Shown: positions 53,047-64,000 of the stretch, piece after piece
Layout of the letters: each line of letters begins with the position of its first letter
How positions within the stretch are numbered: the first letter of the stretch is position 1
Source of the DNA: Amphiscolops sp. MND2022
Lineage: Eukaryota
Assembly (NCBI GenBank): GCA_964187785.1
Contig: OZ076409.1
Location: 74,774,001-74,838,000, forward strand
Reading direction: 5' to 3'
Length of the DNA stretch: 64,000 bases
Notes under the pieces: generated by a model
The model's input: only the letters and a program-made list of their open reading frames with translations
Told to the model about the DNA's origin: nothing
Databases searched by the model: none
Program-made: the position numbers and the translations under genes

Positions 53047-54332
53047 CTAGGTGCCGGGATTTCCATTCGATAAGGAATTCTGCGCGTGTGGGTAGGGCCC
53101 CTGGCGCGCTCCTGTGTTTTCGGTTTTCCTACTCCAAATTCACACCCCAGTTATCTCCGATCTCGTAAACTATCCATACGATTTGGCTGAAATTTGGCAC
53201 ACGTACCCCCCTCGGCACGGTGAAGATGATTTCCTACTGACGTTTTTCCCGCTAAACATTTTTTGTTGACCAAAATAACGGTTTTTGGGGTAAAATTTTC
53301 AACTTTTTTTAAATTTTATCTTATATCTCGCCACGGGTACACGCTAGCGCTTCCAAACCTTGCTGACGAAAGTTTGCAAACTGTCTCAGGAATGCTGTGT
53401 GAAATTTTCAGCTCAATCGGACTTAAACTCGAGGAGATATAGCGTTTTTCCGGAGCGGGGGGGTTTCATTTTTCTAACGGTCCAGCTTATCTTTGCCATT
53501 TTTTCGAAAATGCACTCGCCTAAAGGCCTCCCCTGGCCGGTTTTATTCCCAGCAAAACCATTTGGCCCTAAATACGGAGTTTCAGCGTTCCAGCATTCCC
53601 GGGCGAAAAGTTGTGGGACTTAGAAAATTTCAAAAATTTTCAAAAATTTTTTTTCCGTTATTTGGGCCCCCAAAGTGGGGGAAAAGACCCCCCAACCAGT
53701 AAAGCAAGTGAAAGCATGTGCAAAGCCCTTGTTTAGAGGAGAAAAATGCCGTTTAGAACGTCTTTTTATCTTGGCTCAACGTTGACTTATGACGTTTTGA
53801 AGGTGATGTTTGGAGGTGTAAATCACGTGAATAGTAAACGTTATGAGTATTTATCTGATCTGAAAGCCATTGAGATGCAATATGGTTTGCTCAAAACGTA
53901 ATTCATGGCAGTTTGGCAATCAATCAACACCCTTTGTTGTCGTTTGACATACTTTTTTGTTGTTATAATAAAAATTTTGTGTATTTGTTCATTTTTTTCT
54001 CATCAAATAACTTGAAACAGTTGAGTACATTCCATCCCCCCTTCCGGGGGAGATGAGAATGTACTCGCAAAAAGCAGCGAATTACGGCCCTTACCTTCCC
54101 GAGCTACGCAGTATAAGGATTACATATTGGTTCCGACATTTTCATAGAGTTAAATCTTGGTAATCTGTCTGGATATGCAGAAAAATCAGCACGTGCCTTT
54201 TAATACCAAGTTGCTCACAACGACAATTATTTTATATCAACGCCCCCATATTTATCAACGCCCCCCGTCCGTGGGCATGCCGAGGCATGCCCTTCGACGA
54301 CGTATACCAAGATATACATCGAGCGCGTTAGC
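53047..54332 (+). mobile_element. Unit U30, type E', 1286 bp
   Basis: E body with a variant head; 3' half matches U0. Confidence 0.7.
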
Positions 54333-55645
54333 CTAGGTGCCCGGATTTCTATTCATTAAAGTATGTTGCGCGTGTGGGTAGGGCCCCTGGCGCGCTCTTG
54401 TGTCCCTGTTCTCATAACTGCAATTTCCGGCAGCATTCTGAGCGATTTTCTAAACTATCCATACGATTCGGCTGAAATTTGGCATGTGAGTTCCTATGAC
54501 AGTTCTAAGAAACATTTCCTACTGGCGTTTTGCCCGGAAAATTTTTTTTGTTGACTTATAACGGTTTTTTTGGCCAAAAAATGCAATTTTTTCAAAAATT
54601 TTTTTTTTCGGAGCCCATATCTTTTTTCAGGGTGCCCGGAGCGGGACGCGTTAAACTGATTATAAACTCTACGGTTCATGGGCTTTACGGAGAACCTAGG
54701 CTCGTTTCGATCGGACAAATAGTCTTGGAGATATAACGGCATTTTTTGGGAATTTTTTGGAAATTTTTCTAACGGTCCAGCTTATCTTTGCCATTTTTTC
54801 GAAAATGTACTCGCCTAAAGGCCTCCCCTGGCCGGTTTTAATCCCAGCAAAACCATTTGGCCCTAAATACGGAGTTTCAGCGTTCCAGCATTCCCGGGCG
54901 AAAAGTTGTGGGACTTAGAAAAATTTCAAAATTTTTCAAAATTTTTTTTTCCGTTTTCCGCCCTCCCCCCCGAGGGGAAAAGACCCCCCAACCAGTAATT
55001 TGAGGGAATTCATGTGGAAAGGCCATGTTTAGAGGAGAAAAATGCCGTTTAGATCGTCTTTTTATTCTAACCTGTCGTTGACTTATGTTGTTTTGAAGGT
55101 GATGTTTGGATGTGTGAAGCATGTGAAAAGGTAATTTATTGTGTCTTTAGCTCTTCTAAAAGCCATTGAGATACACGGTGTGCGACTCAGAACGTGTTTA
55201 GTTCTAATTTAACAATGCATCAACACATTTTTGTGTCTTTTGACTTGATTAAAAAATGTTTTCTTCCCAAAACTTTAAAAAAAATCAACAATTTTTCATC
55301 TTTTTTTCTGATCTCATGACTCGAAACAGTTGAGTACATTCCATCTCCCTTCCCGGGGAGATGAGAATGTACTCTTTAGAGACCAGGTACTACAGTACTT
55401 ACCTTCCCCGAGCAACGCCCCATAAAAATTGCGTTTTGATCCAGATATTTTGACATACTTTTATCTTTGTAATTTGACTGGAAATGAAGAAAATGCCGCA
55501 CGTGCTCTTTTATATCAAGTATCTTAACAACGCCATCTCTTTTACGTCAACGCCCCATACTTTACACCAACGCCCCCCGTCCGTGGGCATGCCGAGGCAT
55601 GCCCTTCGACGACGTGCACCAAAATATGCTCCCAAGCGCGTTAGC
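54333..55645 (+). mobile_element. Unit U31, type K, 1313 bp
   Basis: Head CTAGGTGCCCGGATTTCTATTCATT; close to U37. Confidence 0.7.
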
Positions 55646-56931
55646 CTAGGTGCCAAAACCCAATGGTTTGCCAAACACTTCGAGGGCGGGGTAGGGCCCC
55701 CAGCCCGAGTCAAAAAGTCGAAGACTAACAACTTAAGGCCAATACTAAAACCTCCTATCGATCTCGGAAACGGCCCATCAGATTTTGCTCAAATTTTGCA
55801 TACGGCTTCCTCTAGCGATTCTAAGAACTAATCCCTACTGACGTTTTGCCCGGAAAAATCAAAAAGTGGGTCAAAATCTTAGATTTTTGGTCGAAAAATG
55901 GCGTTTTTTTGGAAAATTTTTTTTCAAGAGCCCATATCTCGCTCCCAGGTGCCCGTAGCGACCAGACCTCGGACGGTACTATTGCTGGGCACTTCGTAAG
56001 GAGCCCGTAGACAAATTTTCGTCCAGATCGGATAAAAATTGATAGAGTAATAGCCGCCGATTTGGCGAATTTTTTCGACATTTTTCGAAATCCCAGTCTA
56101 TCTCTGCCGTTTTTTGCCCAGATTTTTTTCCAGGACCTCTCCTAAAGGCCTCCCCTGGCCGGTTTACCTCCCAGAAAAACCATTTGGCCCTTTTGCCGCA
56201 GTTTCAGCGTTCCAGGATTCCCCGGGTAAAAGTAAAATGTCTTAGAATTTTTTCGAAAAATTTTCAAAATTTTTTTTTTCAACTTCAGGCCTCCCAAAGT
56301 CAAGAAACGTCCACACAACTAGTATTGCAAGTGGATGCATGTGGAAAGTGCTCGAATAGACGAGAAAAATGAGCTATTATAAAGTTCTGTAGCTTAACCT
56401 GACGTTGACTTATGACAATTTTAGTGTGAGCTTGCTATATGGTAAAAAATTTCAAAAATTGAAAATCGAAGCTAAGTCTCATCCAAAACTCATCGGAATA
56501 CGTTCAATCCATACCAAAGCGGTTTATTTCCAGCTGTCCAGTGCAGCAACACCATTAAAGGTCATTTAACCCACATTTATAAGTTTTGACACCGTCTTAT
56601 CCATCCGAAAGTTCGAAACAGTTAAGTACATTCCATCTCCCCTCCGTGGGAGATGGTAATGTACTCGCAAAAAGCCAAGTACTATCGCCCCATTCTACCC
56701 GTAGTGGTGCTAGAAATGCAGTAGCGGGAGCGCCAGGCTGTTTAAAGTAGCCTTTACGGGTGTTGTGACTATGCATTACAAGTCTAACTATGTTACTGAA
56801 CGTGAAAAAATTGTTTCAATCCCAGAATTTTTTTTTCAACTTTAGTATGTCACCAATAAACATATATCCATCTTTCCTACTACAACCACCCTACCACCCG
56901 GCCCCTCGTATCTTTGTTCAACCGTACACGT
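55646..56931 (+). mobile_element. Unit U32, type L, 1286 bp
   Basis: Head CTAGGTGCCAAAACCC; alternative tail TTGTTCAACCGTACACGT. Confidence 0.7.
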
Positions 56932-58196
56932 CTAGGTGCCGGGATTACTATTCGATAAGGAATTTTGCGCGGTTGGGTAGGGCCCCGTGAGCGCGCCAGG
57001 GGATAGTGTTAGAACAACAAGGATTTGGGCATCAGTTGGGAGCGATTTTCTAAACTATCCGTACGATTTGGCTGAAATTTGGCATGAAGCTTCCTTGGAA
57101 CATTCTAAGAACAAATCCCTACTGGCGTTTTGCCGGGAAAAATCGAAATGTTGGTCAAAAATGCAATTTTCCGACCAAATTTTCGGGTAAAATTTTTTTG
57201 AAACGTTATATCTCGCCACAGGGTCACGCTAGCGCCTCGCAACCTATGATCGGGTTTTGTAGGGCGTTGTCTGTAGAACACGTATGCCAAATTTGGTGGC
57301 GATCGGACTTAAACTCAGCGAGTTAGAGCGATTTTTTAGGTGCATTTTTTGACATTTTTTGCGTTTGCCGATTTATCTCTGCCGTTTTTTGCCCAGATTT
57401 TTTTTGAGACCCTCTCCTAAAGACCTCCCCTGGCCGGTTTACCTCCCAGCAAAACCATTTGGCCCTAAATACGAAGTTTCAGCGTTCTAGCATTCCCGGG
57501 CGAAAAGTTGTGGGACTTAGAAAATTTTTTTGGAAACGCAAAATGTGTAAAGTCAACTTCTGGCCTCCCAAAGTCAAGGAACTTCCACACAACTAGTATT
57601 GCAAGTGAATGCATGTGGAGAGTACTTGAATAGACGAGGAAAATGAGCTGTAGAACGTCTCTTTAGCTTAACCTGACGTTGACTTATGACCTTTTGAGTG
57701 TGAGCTTGCTATGCGAGAAAAAATGCAAAACATGAAAATGGAAGCAAAGTATCGTCGAAAACCCATCATAAGATGTTCAACTCATCCTAGAGCGGTTTAT
57801 TTACAGTTGTTCAGTAGAGCAACACCATTCATGATCATGTGACCCATTTTTATGGGGAATGAGATTGTCTTATTCATCCGATAGCCCAAAGCAGTTGAGT
57901 ACATTCCATCTCACCTCCGTGTGAGATGAGAATGTACTAGCTAAAGTCCAGGTACTACAGCCCATATTGGTTTTATGCGACGCTCTGTATGCAAATGAGC
58001 ATACTTGAAATTTTTTTAGCTGATATTTTTTTAAACTGCACTTTGACTCTGACCTGACATACTGAATATTTAGTCCTTATAACATACACATAATTAACGT
58101 CAACGCCCCATCCTTGCATCAACGCCCACCGTCTGTGGGCATGCCGAGGCATGCCCTTCGACGACGCGCACCAAAATATTCCACGAGCGCGTTAGC
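56932..58196 (+). mobile_element. Unit U33, type M, 1265 bp
   Basis: Head CTAGGTGCCGGGATTACTATTCG; terminal palindrome present. Confidence 0.7.
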
Positions 58197-59470
58197 CTAG
58201 GTGCCGGTGTTTTCTTCACATTTGAGGAAGTTGCGCGTGTGGGTAGGGCCCCTGGCGCGCTCCGTTGTCCCTGTGTTTACATCTTAGAAAATTTGAGTAA
58301 AAAATTGGGATCTCGAAAACTGGCCACACGATTTGGCTGAAATTTTGCATACGGCTCCCTATGACAGTTGTAAGAACTAATCCCTAGTGGCGTTTTGCCC
58401 GGAAAATTTTTTTTGTTGACTTATTCACATTTTTAGGGTCAAAAAATAGCGTTTTTTTGAAAAAATTTTTTTTCAGAGACAATTACTCGAAACTGGTGCA
58501 CCCAGCTCAGTAACGCCTAGCTGATTTATTGTTGGGCATTTCATGAGGAGTCCGTATACAAATTTTCGTCCAAATTGGAATAAAATTGATTGAGAAATAA
58601 CTGAAAATTTGAGGAATTTTTTTGGAAATTTTCGAAAACCCAGTCTATCTCTGCCGTTTTTTGCCCAGATTTTTTTTGAGACACTCTCCTAAAGACCTCC
58701 CCTGGCCGGTTTACATCCCAGCAAAACCATTTGGCCCTAAATACGAAGTTTCAGCGTTCTAGCATTCTCGGGCAAAAAGTTGTGGGACTTAGAATTAATT
58801 TTTGGAAACGCAAAATGTGTAAAGTCAACTTCAGGCCTCCCAAAGTCAAAGAACTTCCACACAACTAGGATTGCAAGTGGATGCATGTGGAAAGTACTGG
58901 GATAGACGAGAAAAATGAGCTATAGAACAACTCTGTAGCTTAACTTGACGTTGACTTATGATGTTTTGAATGTGTGCTTGCTAAGGGGTCCCAAATTGAA
59001 AATTTTTAAAGAAAGTTAATATCGTCAAAAATTCATCGGAAAGCCTGCAATATACAGTAGAGCGGGTTCAATTGTAGCTGAATAATGCATCAACACCGTT
59101 CAAGGTCTTTTAACTCAGTTTCAAAATTTTTGACACTGTAATCTTCATCCGAGAGCACAAAACAGTTGAGTACATTCCATCTCCCTTTCGGGGGAGATGA
59201 GAATGTACTCGCTAAAGAACATGTACTACAGCCAATTTTTGTTTTTATGCGAGGTCATTCTATGCTATTGCACACGAACACTTTAGTTTTGACAAACATA
59301 TGTCTTTACATGCTGAATCTTACCTTACCTTTACTTTACGTTTTTGTACAAACTACTACAACAACTCACCCCTTACGTCAACGTCCCATACTTTAAATCA
59401 ACGCCCACCGTCCGTGGGCATGCCGAGGCATGCCCTTCGACGACGTATGCCCTCTCAAACGCGGTAGCCG
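58197..59470 (+). mobile_element. Unit U34, type N, 1274 bp
   Basis: Head CTAGGTGCCGGTGTTTTC; terminal palindrome at 59416. Confidence 0.7.
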
Positions 59471-60733
59471 CTAGGTGGTCGGTATTCTTTACTACCTCAT
59501 GCTTTGAGGGCGGGGTAGGGCCCCCTGCCCGATCCTAATCCTTAGGATTTTAAACATAAGGCCAATAATACGGATTTTGGCGATTTCGAAAACTAACCTT
59601 ACGATTTGGCTGAAATTTTGCATGCGGCTCCCTATGACAGATATAAGAACAAATCCCTACTGGCATTTTGCTGGGAAAATTCAGTTTTTGGGTCAAAATC
59701 ACTATTTTAGGTCCAAAAAATGGCGTTTTTTCGGAAAATTTTTTTTCAAGAGCCCATATCTCGCTCCCAGGTGCTCGGAGCCGGTCGCATGTGGACGTCG
59801 ATATTGCTAGGCACTTCGTAAGGAGTCCGTAGACAAATTTTCGTACAGATCGGATGAAAATTGACTTAGTAATAAAAAACTTTGATTTGCATTTTTTCGA
59901 AAATTTATGAAATCCCAGTGTATCTCTGCCGTTTTTTGCCCAGATTTTTTTCCAGGACCTCTCCTAAAGGCCTCCCCTGGCCGGTTTACCTCCCAGAAAA
60001 ACCATTTAGCCCTTTTGCCGCAGTTTCAGCGTTCCAGGATTCCCCGGGTAAAAGATAAATGACTTAGAATTTTTTCAAAAATTTTTCAATTTTTTTTTTT
60101 CAACTTCAAGCCTCCCAAAGTCAAGAAACTTCCACACAACTAGTATTGCAAGTGGATGCATGTGGAAAGTGCTCGAATAGACGAGAAAAATGAGCTATTA
60201 TAAACCTCTGTAGCTCAACCTGACGTTGACTTATGACAATTTTAGTGAGAGCTTGCTATATGGTAAAAATTCCAAAAATTGAAAATCGAAGCTAAGTCTC
60301 ATCCAAAACTCATCGGAATACGTTCAATCCATCCCAAAGCGGTTTAATTCCAGCTACATAGTGCAGCAACACCATTCAAGACCTTTTGACCCATTTTTAT
60401 AACTTTTGACACCGTCTTATCCATTCGAAAGTTGAAGCAGTTAAGTACATTCCATCTCCCCTCCGTGGGAGATGGTAATGTACGCGCAAAAAGCCAAGTA
60501 CTATTGCCCTTTTTCTACATGGAGTGGACCTAGAAATGCATTAGCGTGAGCTCCACGCTGCTTGCAGTAGCCCTTACAGGTGTTGTACCTTTGTTACAAA
60601 ACTAACTATGTTACTAATCATAAAAAAAATGTTACAATCGAAAAATTATTTTCATTAATTATATTTACACGTTTTGTTGTCAATTACAATAACTACAGCT
60701 ACCGCCCTGGCCTGATTGTTCAACCGTGCACGT
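59471..60733 (+). mobile_element. Unit U35, type O, 1263 bp
   Basis: Head CTAGGTGGTCGGTATTCTTT; alternative tail TTGTTCAACCGTGCACGT. Confidence 0.7.
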
Positions 60734-62024
60734 CTAGGTGCCAATCCCCCCCGGGATGCCACAGCTTCGAGGGCGGGGTAGGGCCCCCTGCCCGAGTCCA
60801 AAACCAACGGCGCTAAACTTCGCGCCAGAAACGTAAGGCGATATAGGATTCTAGAGGCGATTTTCTAAACGAGCCATACGATTTGGCTCAAATTTTGCAT
60901 GCGGCTTCCTCTAGCGATTCTAAGAACTTTTCCCTACTACCATTTTGCCCGGAAAATTTTTTTTGTTGACTTATAGACAATTTTAGGTGCCAAAAATGGC
61001 GTTTTTTCGAAAAATTTTTTTTCAAGAGCCCATATCTCGCTCCCAGGTGCTCGGAGCGGGTCGCATGTGGACGTCAATATTGCTAGGCACTTCGTAAGGA
61101 GTCCGTAGACAAATTTTCGTACAGATCGGATGAAAATTGACTTAGTAATAAAAAACTTTGATTTGCATTTTTTCGAAAATTTCTGAAAACCCAGTCTATC
61201 TCTGCCGTTTTTTGCCCAGATTTTTTTCCAGGACCTCTCCTAAAGGCCTCCCCTGGCCGGTTTACCTCCCAGAAAAACCATTTGGCCCTTTTGCCGCAGT
61301 TTCAGCGTTCCAGGATTCCCCGGGTAAAAGTAAAATGTCTTAGAATTTTTTCGAAAAATTTTCAAAAAATTTTTTTTCAACTTCAGGCCTCCCAAAGTCA
61401 AGAAACGTCCACACAACTAGTATTGCAAGTGGATGCATGTTGAAAGTGCTCGAATAGACGAGAAAAATGAGCTATTATAAAGTTCTGTAGCTTAACCTGA
61501 CGTTGACTTATGACAATTTTAGTGTGAGCTTGCTATGTGAGAAAAAATTTCAAAAATTGAAAATCGAAGCTAAGTCTCATCCAAAACTCATCGGAATACG
61601 TTCAATCCATACCAAAGCGGTTTGTTCCCAGTTGTAGAGTGCAGCAACACCATTCAAGGTCATTTGACCCACTTTAATAGGTTTTGACTTTGTCTTATCC
61701 ATCCGAAAATTCGAAACAGTTAAGTACATTCCATCTCCCCTCCGTGGGAGATGGTAATGTACTCGCAAAAAGCCAAGTATAACCGCCCTATTCTACCCGT
61801 AGTGGTGCTAGAAGAGCAGTAGCGTGAGCTCCAGGTTTGCAGTAGTCTCTATGTGTTATAATTATATTTTTCATAGCTAAAAATCTTACTAAACGTGATA
61901 AAAAAATTACATCACTCAAAATTTTTTCAAATATTATTATATGTCCCCAATTGACGCACGTCAACTATTTCACTACAACCACCCTACCACCCGGCCTCTC
62001 GTATCTTTGTTCAACCGTACACGT
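60734..62024 (+). mobile_element. Unit U36, type P, 1291 bp
   Basis: Head CTAGGTGCCAATCCCC; O-like middle; L-like tail. Confidence 0.7.
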
Positions 62025-63340
62025 CTAGGTGCCCGGATTTCTATTCATTAAAGTATGTTGCGCGTGTGGGTAGGGCCCCTGGCGCGCTCTTGTGTCCCTG
62101 TTCTCATAACTGCAATTTCCGGCAGCATTCTGAGCGATTTTCTAAACTATCCATACGATTCGGCTGAAATTTGGCATGTGAGTTCCTATGACAGTTCTAA
62201 GAAACATTTCCTACTGGCGTTTTGCCCGGAAAATTTTTTTTGTTGACTTATAACGGTTTTTTTGGCCAAAAAATGCGATTTTTTCAAAAAAAATTTTTTT
62301 CGGAGCCCATATCTTTTTTCAGGGTGCCCGGAGCGGGACGCGTTAAACTGATTATAAACTCTACGGTTCATGGGCTTTACGGAGAACCTAGGCTCGTTTC
62401 GATCGGACAAATAGTCTTGGAGATATAACGGCATTTTTTGAGAATTTTTTGGAAATTTTTCTAACGGTCCAGCTTATCTTTGCCATTTTTTCGAAAATGT
62501 ACTCGCCTAAAGGCCTCCCCTGGCCGGTTTTAATCCCAGCAAAACCATTTGGCCCTAAATACGGAGTTTCAGCGTTCCAGCATTCCCGGGCGAAAAGTTG
62601 TGGGACTTAGAAAAATTTCAAAATTTTTCAAAAATTTTTTTTCCGTTTTCCGCCCTCCCCCCCGAGGGGAAAAGACCCCCCAACCAGTAATTTGAGTGAA
62701 TTCATGTGGAAAGGCCATGTTTAGAGAAGAAAAATGCCGTTTAGATCGTCTTTTTATTTTAACCTGTCGTTGACTTATGTTGTTTTGAAGGTGATGTTTG
62801 GATGTGTGAAGCATGTGAAAAGGTAATTTATTGTGTCTTTAGCTCTTCTAAAAGTCATTGAGATACACGGTGTGTGACTCAGAAAGTGTTTAATTCTAAT
62901 TTAGCAATGCATCAACACTTTTTTGTGTCTTTTGACTCTGTTTTAAAAAATTTTTCCGACTAAAATCAAAAATTATTTATAATTATTCACATTTTTTTTC
63001 TGATCTCATGACTCGAAACAGTTGAGTACATTCCATCTCCCTTCACGGGGGAGATGAGAATGTACTCTTTAGAGACCAGGTACTACAGTACTTACCTTCC
63101 CCGAGCAACGCCCCATAAAAATTGCGTTTTGATCCAGATATTTTGACATAATTTTATCTTTGTAATTTGACTGGAAATGAAGAAAATGCCGCACGTGCTC
63201 TTTTATATCAAGTATCTTAACAACGCCATCTCTTTTACGTCAACGCCCCATAGTTCACATCAACGCCCACCGTCCGTGGGCATGCCGAGGCATGCCCTTC
63301 GACGACGTATACCAAGATATACTCCCGAGCGCGGTAGCCG
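62025..63340 (+). mobile_element. Unit U37, type K, 1316 bp
   Basis: Close to U31 with different neighbours. Confidence 0.7.
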
Positions 63341-64000
63341 CTAGGTGGTCGGTATTCTTTACTACCTCATGCTTTGAGGGCGGGGTAGGGCCCCCTGCCC
63401 GATCCTAATCCTTAGGATTTTAAACATAAGGCCAATAATACGGATTTTGGCGATTTCGAAAACTAACCTTACGATTTGGCTGAAATTTTGCATGCGGCTC
63501 CCTATGACAAATATAAGAACAAATCCCTAGTGGCATTTTGCTGGGAAAATTCAGTTTTTGGGTCAAAATCACTATTTTATGTCCAAAAAAAGGCGTTTTT
63601 TCGGAAAATTTTTTTTCAAGAGCCCATATCTCGCTCCCAGGTGCTCGGAGCGGGTCGCATGTGGACGTCGATATTGCTAGGCACTTCGTAAGGAGTCCGT
63701 AGACAAATTTTCGTACAGATCGGATGAAAATTGACTTAGTAATAAAAAACTTTGATTTGCATTTTTTCGAAAATTTATATAATCCCAGTGTATCTCTGCC
63801 GTTTTTTGCCCAGATTTTTTTCCAGGACCTCTCCTAAAGGCCTCCCCTGGCCGGTTTACCTCGCAGAAAAACCATTTGGCCCGTTTGCCGCAGTTTCAGC
63901 GTTCCAGGATTCCCCGGGTAAAAGTAAAATGACTTAGAATTTTTTCGAAAAATTTTCAAATTTTTTTTTTTCAACTTCAGACCTCCCAAAGTCAAGAAAC
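63341..64000 (+). mobile_element. Unit U38 (partial), type O
   Basis: Near-identical to the first 660 bp of U35. Confidence 0.7.

Larger units (their letters stand above)
1..64000 (+). repeat. Heterogeneous head-to-tail array of 37 complete + 2 partial non-coding cassette-like units joined at CTAGGTG
   Basis: 38 CTAGGTG joints spaced 1071-2399 bp apart. Head and tail motifs recur in the same orientation throughout, with no spacer DNA between units. Confidence 0.95.

Noticed and set aside
685..63347. Artefactual ligation of CTAG-overhang restriction fragments
   Set aside because: Units contain intact internal ACTAGT, GCTAGC and CCTAGG sites, all units share one orientation, and the invariant sequence extends to GTG.
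685..63347. Cut-and-paste MITEs with TIRs and TSDs, or solo LTRs
   Set aside because: No consistent terminal inverted repeats across types, no variable target duplications and no TG...CA ends.
1036..63937. All short ORFs in the track (60-145 aa), including the recurring 109-aa minus-strand ORF in D units
   Set aside because: They recur only because the DNA is repeated, are broken or frame-shifted in sister copies, are rich in F/K from A/T tracts, and show no domain I recognise.
1..64000. CRISPR array (palindromic repeat with variable spacers)
   Set aside because: Inter-repeat segments are 1-2.4 kb and mutually homologous, and there are no cas genes.
1..64000. Bacterial integron or superintegron
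   Set aside because: No ORF-bearing cassettes, no intI, and no RYYYAAC/GTTRRRY attC boxes seen at the joints. The resemblance is architectural only.
1..64000. Simple satellite or higher-order repeat
   Set aside because: There is no fixed monomer or repeating order, and twin units have different neighbours.

Overview
This window has no credible protein-coding or RNA gene. It is one same-orientation array of 37 complete and 2 partial non-coding units of 1.07-2.40 kb. All 38 joints carry the invariant 7-mer CTAGGTG, with the C at 685, 1971, 3360, 5553, 6952, 9329, 10717, 12005, 14383, 15770, 17959, 20335, 22710, 25088, 26362, 27752, 29134, 30526, 32719, 35099, 37481, 38552, 40743, 42031, 43319, 45718, 48094, 50472, 51758, 53047, 54333, 55646, 56932, 58197, 59471, 60734, 62025 and 63341. 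The units fall into about 16 sequence types (my labels A-P) in an irregular order: (E') E A B C D A F D A B D D D G C A A B D D H B E E D D I J E E' K L M N O P K (O). Near-identical copies have different neighbours, and homology usually breaks at CTAGGTG. This looks like single cassettes inserted or shuffled at a shared recombination core, not a satellite or block duplication. Most units share one layout: a head hairpin, a conserved box about 150 bp in, a long bulged hairpin 290-520 bp from the end, and a terminal palindrome GGGCATGCCGAGGCATGCCC that also fits the p53 consensus at 19 of 20 positions. Unit lengths fall into a few narrow classes, most near multiples of about 183 bp. My best reading (inference) is a eukaryotic, probably animal, array of non-autonomous elements that target their own ends, mobilised in trans by a tyrosine recombinase (Crypton-like) or an HUH enzyme (Helitron/Replitron-like). 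No such enzyme is encoded here. Coordinates and similarities were read by eye and no database search was run.
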